The notes under the pieces were generated by a model. The model was not told where the DNA came from and made no database searches. It saw nothing but the letters and a program-made list of their open reading frames with translations. A program made the translations under genes and the position numbers. From Minisyncoccota bacterium (GTDB lineage Bacteria; Patescibacteriota; Minisyncoccia; UBA6257; JAGOQP01), in assembly GCA_041665445.1 (NCBI GenBank), contig JBAYIV010000002.1, forward strand, positions 5,836-69,835: 64,000 nucleotides of DNA. Direction: 5' to 3'. Below are positions 57,690 through 64,000 of this stretch, one piece after another. Position 1 is the stretch's first letter, and each line of letters opens with the position of its first letter.

Positions 57690-58961
57690 TTACTCCTGTG
57701 ATTTTGCCACTTGAGCCTTGATTTGTTCAAGGCTTGCCATGAGACCATCGATTTCCTCGAGGATCCTTTCCGCATCGTCTTCTGAACGATGATGAAACAG
57801 ATTCTCAAGCGTCAACCCGCCCGGAAGATCGAGCAAGCGAGCGGCACTGGCTCGGCTTTTCCGAAGAAAGGTCCTCAAAATTCTGAAATCGTCGACGGGA
57901 CCACGCTTTCTGCGAGCGCACAGCATGGACGAACCAACCTGCACCGTTAAATGCCTGACGTAGTGCCTGACCTCATCGATGTTCATCTGATGTTCGACGA
58001 TGTACTGCACTGCCGTCATCTGATGGGCCGTCGGCAATTTGGACACTTCGTTGGCGACGGAAAAAGTAATACCCTCGCCGGAAGGAAGTTCGGGGTTCAT
58101 CAGTGCTTGGACCTCCGGCGTCAAGCGCAACAGGCCCAGGTGCTGAACGACCCAACTCTCGGAGTTTGAGAACAAGACCGCCAATTGCCCGACGGACAGG
58201 TTCTCTTCATCCTTGATTTGCTGTAACGCACTGGCTATCTCCATCGGCTGATGTCCCTCTCGTCCGAAATTGCATATAGCCGATCCCTTGAACATCTGCG
58301 CCTCGGGGAGACTCTTGGCGATAATCGCCCGCAGGGTCGGTTTGTGAACCAGATGAGCGGCGCGCCAGCGACGTTCCCCATCGTAGAGGATGTAATCGTG
58401 TTCAGGATCGTCAACGGCCGGGACAAGGATGATGGGGATTTGCTGTCCGTGGAGCAAACTGCGTCCCAGCGCCAACAGTTTCGACATCGCGAAGTACTTG
58501 CGAGGCTGTCCTTCGTTCTGCTTAATCCGTGCAACCGGAACATCGCAGATGTCGTTGTGTAGTAGCTCGAGATCGTGTCCAAGCGTTAGCGTCGTCGAGT
58601 TCTTCTTTGGATGCTCGACGGTGTCGGAATCGGATTGTTCGGGTGTTTCTTGGGCGTGAATCGGCCCTACCTCTAGGGCCTCCGAAAGCTGTGGGAGAAG
58701 TTCTTCCTCGTTTGGGAATTCGATAAAATCGATTCCGCGCGAGGAAGCCGCTCCCTTAAGTTTGATGGAACGAGCCAGACCGCATTTCGCGAAAACCACC
58801 TCGATGTAATCGGGGATGGCGTCCCGGGGTCTTTCTATCGGGTCCCACCAGATTATTTGTTGAGAGTCCCGAACCGACGGCGGGAGCACAAACTTTCGTG
58901 CTCCAACAACAAGAACGGCGGCGCCCAAAGTGCTCGACGACGAAACCGATTGTTCCTCCAT
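57690..58961 (-). CDS. ParB/Srx-fold N-terminal-domain protein (ParB-like nuclease/CTPase domain), 423 aa
   Basis: ILVPAVDDPEHDYILYDGERRWRAAHL = ParB box II GERRxRAA context. Confidence 0.6.
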   Translation of the reverse strand: MEEQSVSSSSTLGAAVLVVGARKFVLPPSVRDSQQIIWWDPIERPRDAIPDYIEVVFAKCGLARSIKLKGAASSRGIDFIEFPNEEELLPQLSEALEVGPIHAQETPEQSDSDTVEHPKKNSTTLTLGHDLELLHNDICDVPVARIKQNEGQPRKYFAMSKLLALGRSLLHGQQIPIILVPAVDDPEHDYILYDGERRWRAAHLVHKPTLRAIIAKSLPEAQMFKGSAICNFGREGHQPMEIASALQQIKDEENLSVGQLAVLFSNSESWVVQHLGLLRLTPEVQALMNPELPSGEGITFSVANEVSKLPTAHQMTAVQYIVEHQMNIDEVRHYVRHLTVQVGSSMLCARRKRGPVDDFRILRTFLRKSRASAARLLDLPGGLTLENLFHHRSEDDAERILEEIDGLMASLEQIKAQVAKSQE

Positions 58962-59127
58962 GGCCCTACCCCTCCTTTCGACTTCTATTCCTCCACACTG
59001 TTAGTTTCTCACACTGTCAAAGGGCTATTGCGTGTCGGGCTTAAAATAACAGAGAAAGACGGACTTGTAAATAAAGGTTTTTTAACCGACGTTTATCTGC
59101 ACACGATTAAATTTAAAAAATTACAAG

Positions 59128-59158
59128 ATAAAAAAAGAGAGCTGGTCAGGCTCTCGTT
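59128..59158 (-). terminator. REP-like hairpin/terminator copy B (GATAAAAAAA-GAGAGC-TGGTCAG-GCTCTC)
   Basis: Downstream of 59185..59487. Confidence 0.55.
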
Positions 59159-59184
59159 GTCATTGTTTTGCGACCGCGGATCTA

Positions 59185-59487
59185 TCAGGCGAGCAGTTTC
59201 TCCGCCCGCTCTCTGATGGTGGACTCGATCTTCCCCTTGAAGAACGTGGCCGCGAACGGGAGATTGCCGGAAAGCTTCACCTCCGACGGCGTCACGGTCA
59301 GGATGCCGGAAACCGAGAACCCCATAGCCGAGAAACTGAAGCTACCCATGTTGCCGCTCCACTCCTCGCGCAGGTTGCTGATCTTGTCAGCGAACTGGTC
59401 CTTCACCTCGCCCAGCAGCGTTTTGATGCGGATGAGCGCTTCGTTCTGTGTGAGGCGATGAGACATCGTCATCTCGAGCTTTGCCAT
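59185..59487 (-). CDS. polyhydroxyalkanoic-acid-system-family-like small protein (PHA_gran_rgn-like), 100 aa
   Basis: MAKLEMTMSHRLTQNEALIRIKTLLGEVKDQFADKISNLREEWSGNMGSFSFSAMGFSVSGILTVTPSEVKLSGNLPFAATFFKGKIESTIRERAEKLL fits the family pattern; AAGGAG SD upstream. Confidence 0.4.
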   Translation of the reverse strand: MAKLEMTMSHRLTQNEALIRIKTLLGEVKDQFADKISNLREEWSGNMGSFSFSAMGFSVSGILTVTPSEVKLSGNLPFAATFFKGKIESTIRERAEKLLA

Positions 59488-59673
59488 GAGAATCTCCTTA
59501 TGTGGGAAAGTGCTGTCTGGACGAAGCGGCACTATTGCTACCTCATTCCAGTTTCTGACGGAGCACATTATATCACAATATAATAGAAAAGTCAATCTCT
59601 CACAATCCCCGCCCGAAATCAGCGCACATTCCGTCCGGATGAGAAAAAATGCTAATTAAAACGCTTTCGCTAA

Positions 59674-60243
59674 TTACTTCCCCAGAATCAATTCCAAAAT
59701 CTTATGGGTGTGAATCTTTGGCATTTGATCAACTCGTTCAAAAATTCTCTTTTCTAGTATTCGAAATTTGGAGACTAGGGCAAAAATTTCATCCTCATCC
59801 TGCGAGTAATCCACGTTCCCGCCACTGTCTTTTATTTCAAGATTGAAGTGGATAAAGACATAGCCGCCCGGGCACAAGATCCTCGAAAATTCTTCCAAGG
59901 CTTTCTTTTGATCAAGATAGTGAATGACATTGATAGCAAAAATCGCCCCAACGTTGCCATCGGCAAAAGTTAAATGTTGAGCATCTTGGACTTCGAACTT
60001 AAGGCCGGGAAATTTATCTTTGTCCTGAGCTATTTCCTGTTCGGAATTATCAACCCCCATGGCATTGAGTCCGTACCCGCAAAAGAACGCCACATCTCTT
60101 CCGCTGCCACAACCAACATCAACCAAAGTGCCCACAAAAGAATTATTCTTTAGAAAATCCGAGAAATGTTTCGCATAAAGGGTTGGATGCCCATCCCAAT
60201 GCCTCCCCTTTTTATAGACATCATATAACCATTGTGACTGCAT
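59674..60243 (-). CDS. class I SAM-dependent methyltransferase
   Basis: Motif I LVDVGCGSGRD; post-I and motif II acidic residues. Confidence 0.75.
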   Translation of the reverse strand: MQSQWLYDVYKKGRHWDGHPTLYAKHFSDFLKNNSFVGTLVDVGCGSGRDVAFFCGYGLNAMGVDNSEQEIAQDKDKFPGLKFEVQDAQHLTFADGNVGAIFAINVIHYLDQKKALEEFSRILCPGGYVFIHFNLEIKDSGGNVDYSQDEDEIFALVSKFRILEKRIFERVDQMPKIHTHKILELILGK

Positions 60244-60270
60244 AAAAAAATATGAAATTTTTAATCGGTT

Positions 60271-60702
60271 TTATTCACTCTGTTTAATCAATAATCTCAA
60301 CACCTCACAATCAAGAGGGATGAGATTATATGCATTATAATCACGGGGATCGATCCATTGATAATCGTCATGGTCAGGACCCAAGAGAATATCAAGCGTC
60401 TTAGGGAAACATCTGAAAAAAACACCGAAAATTTGAATCTTTTCTCCTTTGATTTCTGGGCGCCATTCACCGATAAAAAACGGTTCTCCAATTGTAACAT
60501 CAAGACCACATTCTTCCTTCGTCTCACGCAAGAGTCCTTCCTGAAGAGATTCCCCGGGCTCGACTTTACCCCCAGGAAAATCATACTTTCCCACATTCTG
60601 ACTCCCCTGATAAGCATGAGATTCACGAATGATGAGGACATTTCCATCATGGACGATAACTGCCCGTCCGGCAATTCGCTGTTTAATAATAGAACTGGGC
60701 AT
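60271..60702 (-). CDS. NUDIX hydrolase
   Basis: Nudix box GGKVEPGESLQEGLLRETKEECGL. Confidence 0.8.
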   Translation of the reverse strand: MPSSIIKQRIAGRAVIVHDGNVLIIRESHAYQGSQNVGKYDFPGGKVEPGESLQEGLLRETKEECGLDVTIGEPFFIGEWRPEIKGEKIQIFGVFFRCFPKTLDILLGPDHDDYQWIDPRDYNAYNLIPLDCEVLRLLIKQSE

Positions 60703-60710
60703 AAAAAATA

Positions 60711-61034
60711 TTATGATTCGTCTAGTATGATCCTACTGCTAAATCTTCCTTGTCTCCCCGCTTTATCCTCTTTGATTTTTTCTAGAGCTGCCACGTTAAA
60801 TTTTTTATAGATCGCGATTGCGTCAATAACTTCGAGTACGTCAGCAAATTCTTCCGGGCTTTCATCTCTGGTAAATTCCTCAATTTCTTCCAAAAGTTTT
60901 TCTTTTAATTTTTTCCAATATTCCTCATCATCTGCGATATGTGCAACACAGGACTCTCCTTTTGCATGAATACGTTCGGGAATCTTATCTCGGACAAGTT
61001 TGTTGTGTTTCATAGTATCGTGCATTTGCTCCAT
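60711..61034 (-). CDS. MazG-like all-alpha NTP pyrophosphohydrolase (HisE/MazG fold)
   Basis: KLVRDKIPERI...EELEEF...EEFADVLEVIDAIA pattern. Confidence 0.6.
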   Translation of the reverse strand: MEQMHDTMKHNKLVRDKIPERIHAKGESCVAHIADDEEYWKKLKEKLLEEIEEFTRDESPEEFADVLEVIDAIAIYKKFNVAALEKIKEDKAGRQGRFSSRIILDES

Positions 61035-61049
61035 GTTTTCCTTGCAAAA

Positions 61050-61490
61050 TTAAGACGTTATCGGAATTCGAATACCATTAATATAATTCTCTATCGATTC
61101 TCGTATTCCCTTAACTAACTCAAGCTTCAGTGCCTCGTGAGGGTCTATCCAGATAAATTCTTGCAGTTCCGTCCCATCAAGCCGCACGTCTTCAGCAAGC
61201 GCTTTACAGACAACGTGGAAATATACCAGATGAGCTTTGCGATGGAAATCAGGATCGTAGATGTTTTCACCGATATTAACACAATATTGCGGCTCAAGCC
61301 GCAACCCCGTTTCTTCTTCCCCTTCCCGCTGAGCGGTGGCACATATTCTTTCTCCGGCTTCTGCGTGTCCGCCGGGAATAAGGTATTTATCGCCCCATTT
61401 GTGCGATTTAATAAGGAGAATCTCCCCTTTGGTATTTACAATAATCGGAGACGCAACGACCTCAACCATGCCATCGTATTTACTGGTCAT
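61050..61490 (-). CDS. NUDIX hydrolase (second copy)
   Basis: Nudix box GGHAEAGERICATAQREGEEETGL; start at internal Met MTSKYDG to avoid overlap. Confidence 0.75.
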   Translation of the reverse strand: MTSKYDGMVEVVASPIIVNTKGEILLIKSHKWGDKYLIPGGHAEAGERICATAQREGEEETGLRLEPQYCVNIGENIYDPDFHRKAHLVYFHVVCKALAEDVRLDGTELQEFIWIDPHEALKLELVKGIRESIENYINGIRIPITS

Positions 61491-61593
61491 ATTCTGTTGG
61501 AATTTAATATACCAAAAAATCATCACCAAAGCGACTTCTGGCGCAGACGGGTTGAGGGCACAGAAACCAAAGGCTCCCACACTTCCTAGTTGC

Positions 61594-62958
61594 TTATAAG
61601 TGCATTGTCTGCACGGTGGCGACTTTCTTGACCCAATCAAGCTTCGTCATTCGCGTCGGCCTAAGTTTATACCGTTTTATGATGTATTGAGTAATACAGG
61701 CTATGTCATTCACAATTTTTTCTCGTTTCGATTCCGATGGAGAAAAAGATATGTTTTCAACCTCTAGTTGATAGAGATCCTTCCCCCCTGCGGCGACGTG
61801 GTCAATAAGCAAAATATACAAATCTTTTGTGATAATGTGTTCTACAATAAACGTTTTTCGTGTTCGCAGTCTTAAGAAATACGGCTTTTGCAATAGCGCC
61901 TGAGGAGCTCGTTTTGCAATTTCTCTCCGTTGAAGAATGCACCCAAGGCCAAACCTATTCCGTGCAATGACTTCGTTTGATTTGTATACAACTTTCTTGC
62001 CGTTGTGCGTCAAGCGGATATAGCTTCCATCGCCCGCAATAACATATCGTGCAAAATTTGTGTGCTCCCAACTATCTTCGCATCCTTTTGCGATTCGAAA
62101 TGCTTTTAATTTCCCTTTGCGGAAATCATGCTTGAGCTGAGTAAAAATATATTGCTTATTCACCGGTAACGAAAGTTTCGACTCTATCTCGGTATCAGAA
62201 TTTTCCAACCATTTTTTATATTTCCGTTTGAGCAGTTGATATTCAGCATCGTATGCGGCCTGTTTTTTTGATAGCAATTGTTCGGCTCCATGCGCATGTA
62301 AAATCTTGATAACGCGGCGGTACAATTTTGAGTCGAGCAGAGCTACGTCAAACTTAAGTTCAACCCGAACGGTTCTATCTTCGGAACCAATCCGAACAGC
62401 CGTTCGCGATGTTTCAAAAACATAGTACCGGACATCACGATCGATGGTGACACGAAATCGTTCATTGTTTTTGACATAATAATGAGCGCGTTGATACGTC
62501 GCGGCCACATGAGGCATCAGCGGTTTTGCCGGCACAAAATATAAGAGCGGCGGCCGTTTATTGAGTTTCTTAATGATATCAACAAGCGGTATGTGCGCAA
62601 AAAACTTTTCTCGCTTACGAGAAAGGTTATGCGTTGATTTTTTCACTTCAAATTTCCATTCTTTTTGAAAATCGGGTCGGAATTGCTTCCCGGTCTGAGC
62701 GGGAGCATATCCGCGTGCCCGAACAGATAATCCAAACGGCACTTCGTGATCTGTGTTGTTGAAATATATTGTCTGGTTGTATCCGTTAGAATATTTCTGC
62801 TCGCACGAAATGACGTTTAACTGTTTAAGAAAGCCATCGAGCCGTTTTGCTTCCAAAAAATACCCCTCTTCCATTCGAGTTTCTATACCTTTCAAGAATT
62901 GACGCCCCAAAAGACGCACCGCGCCTTTTGATAACATCGCATTGTTGCGAGTGGACAT
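61594..62958 (-). CDS. VTC/CYTH-like (triphosphate-tunnel, polyphosphate-polymerase-like) domain protein
   Basis: N-terminal half ...YNQTIYFNNTDHEVPFGLSVRARGY...KFEVKKS resembles the VTC-domain pattern; second tunnel-like half; tentative. Confidence 0.4.
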   Translation of the reverse strand: MSTRNNAMLSKGAVRLLGRQFLKGIETRMEEGYFLEAKRLDGFLKQLNVISCEQKYSNGYNQTIYFNNTDHEVPFGLSVRARGYAPAQTGKQFRPDFQKEWKFEVKKSTHNLSRKREKFFAHIPLVDIIKKLNKRPPLLYFVPAKPLMPHVAATYQRAHYYVKNNERFRVTIDRDVRYYVFETSRTAVRIGSEDRTVRVELKFDVALLDSKLYRRVIKILHAHGAEQLLSKKQAAYDAEYQLLKRKYKKWLENSDTEIESKLSLPVNKQYIFTQLKHDFRKGKLKAFRIAKGCEDSWEHTNFARYVIAGDGSYIRLTHNGKKVVYKSNEVIARNRFGLGCILQRREIAKRAPQALLQKPYFLRLRTRKTFIVEHIITKDLYILLIDHVAAGGKDLYQLEVENISFSPSESKREKIVNDIACITQYIIKRYKLRPTRMTKLDWVKKVATVQTMHL

Positions 62959-63103
62959 GGATTTTCTTTATTGTTTTATTTTATCAGAAAATCATTTCTT
63001 TGTCCTCATCGGCCGCACTACGGTTCTACGACAAAAAACAGTTCGAATGGAGGACGTGCGGAGAATCCATCAGAACAGTGTCTGTGCGTGAGAGAAACAA
63101 AAA

Positions 63104-63135
63104 GATAAAAAAAGAGAGCTGGTCAGGCTCTCAAA
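63104..63135 (-). terminator. REP-like hairpin/terminator copy C (GATAAAAAAA-GAGAGC-TGGTCAG-GCTCTC-AAAGTTTTGTGACCA)
   Basis: Near-identical to copies A and B; downstream of 63158..63562. Confidence 0.55.
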
Positions 63136-63157
63136 GTTTTGTGACCAGGGCATCGAC

Positions 63158-63562
63158 CTAATTAGGCTCAATGCCCTTGAGGATCATCCGCGCGAAATCC
63201 TCGATCTTCTGGATGCCTTTCTCGATGTCGGTGATGATCTCGAAGGTCTTTCGGTCTCGAGACCAGACGATGCCTTGGCGAGCGTAACGCCGCAGGTTCG
63301 CCAGTGCCTCCCTACGGAAAGCCTTCATCTCGGTCGCCACGCTGTGGCTCTCTTCCAAGGCATACTGAGCAACCTTGACGCCGTGGAGCATGGCACACTG
63401 ACGTCCGTCGGCCAGGAATCCATTCTCGCACTTCTGAAAGTAGGGGCATAGCTGCCGCCCCAGGCGTTTTGATTCGCTGACGGTAGCGGGACCGTCGCCG
63501 TAGAGATTGGTATCACATGGCTCTGATCCGTGAATCAAAGCCTCCTCCTTAGCCTTTGCCAT
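63158..63562 (-). CDS. hypothetical Cys-containing protein
   Basis: 134 aa; CPYFQKCENGFLADGRQC; GC-rich block. Confidence 0.4.
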   Translation of the reverse strand: MAKAKEEALIHGSEPCDTNLYGDGPATVSESKRLGRQLCPYFQKCENGFLADGRQCAMLHGVKVAQYALEESHSVATEMKAFRREALANLRRYARQGIVWSRDRKTFEIITDIEKGIQKIEDFARMILKGIEPN

Positions 63563-63610
63563 GGAACACCTCCTTCAAAACAGATTTGCCCCATTGCGCC
63601 ATAGAAAGAA

Positions 63611-63970
63611 TTAATCGCAACGACTCCTGCTGATTGCGCTTTGAGAGATTCTTCGAATCATCTCCGGCGTTGACTCATCATCGGCCGGAGCATCGGTGTA
63701 GAGCTCCCACACGATGTAGGGGTAGTCGTCTTTCTTGATGGCGAGGGTAACCGCCGAACCGCTTAGTCCGCTCCTCACGTAGAGAAGCTCGTGATCCTCG
63801 CCTTGAAAACGAACGACCGTCTTGGCTACCTTGACCCCCAGTGTTTCCGTGCAGGAAACCACCATCTCCGCCTCGCCGGTGATGGGGATGTGCCAGAAAC
63901 ACTGGCGATCCTTCTCTGTTCGCTTGGTCACACACAGGACATTGAACCGCTGAAGAATTTGCAGATCCAT
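63611..63970 (-). CDS. hypothetical protein
   Basis: 119 aa ORF in GC-rich block. Confidence 0.35.
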   Translation of the reverse strand: MDLQILQRFNVLCVTKRTEKDRQCFWHIPITGEAEMVVSCTETLGVKVAKTVVRFQGEDHELLYVRSGLSGSAVTLAIKKDDYPYIVWELYTDAPADDESTPEMIRRISQSAISRSRCD

Positions 63971-64000
63971 CGTTTTTCCCTCCTTCCAAAAGCACGTTTG

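Noticed and set aside
1-64000. CRISPR arrays, rRNA genes, integrase/transposase genes
   Set aside because: No regularly spaced direct repeats, no rRNA-like conserved stretches and no recombinase motifs recognised anywhere in the window; only one tRNA found, though a full covariance scan was not possible by eye

Overview
The window reads like a small-genome, Patescibacteria/CPR-like bacterial fragment. It is AT-leaning, almost all genes are on the minus strand, and it has a 23S-IVS-type four-helix-bundle gene and many surface proteins. prfB carries the classic +1 frameshift at an in-frame TGA, so the standard genetic code applies. Several blocks look foreign: they are more GC-rich and use strong GGAGG Shine-Dalgarno (SD, ribosome-binding) sites.

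Contents, in order:
- 1-1.8 kb: prfB (3'-truncated at the window start), an SMR-like transporter, tRNA-Thr(CGT) and an HNH endonuclease.
- 1.8-17.3 kb: a cell-surface locus with three paralogous membrane-anchored cohesin-like proteins, a secreted protein carrying an unmistakable dockerin, a ~1320-aa BNR-repeat surface protein whose C-terminal Cys/Thr-rich domain recurs as a separate 196-aa protein, and a Ser/Thr/Pro-rich low-complexity protein.
- 17.6-25.9 kb: housekeeping and small-protein genes (nth, hemerythrin, an HExxH protein, a DEAD-box helicase, cspA, a TspO fusion).
- 26.1-28.9 kb: a GC-rich three-gene island (small protein, HTH protein, GHKL-type ATPase).
- 29.3-33.1 kb: a nuclease/helicase island (Pif1-family helicase, small TM protein, membrane-anchored Mrr-like and DpnI-like methyl-directed restriction enzymes), with a conserved ~28-nt upstream motif in front of three of the genes.
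- 33.1-35.9 kb: GC-rich hypothetical genes and a 60-nt direct repeat.
- 36-49.5 kb: an FAD oxidoreductase, a CxxC-x17-CxxC protein, a response-regulator (REC) domain protein, NADAR, a split NOX-like redox operon (FNR-like, ApbE, ferric-reductase-like membrane protein), rsgA and an ICMT-like methyltransferase.
- 49.5-56.8 kb: a complete type I restriction-modification operon (hsdM, an embedded AAA/ABC ATPase, hsdS with a 3x12-nt ELEA repeat, hsdR).
- 57-64 kb: a ParB-like protein and a nucleotide-housecleaning cluster (SAM methyltransferase, two Nudix, a MazG-like protein, a VTC/CYTH-like protein), punctuated by three copies of a REP-like hairpin element.

No rRNA or CRISPR array was seen. Coordinates of non-CDS features are approximate to within a few nt.
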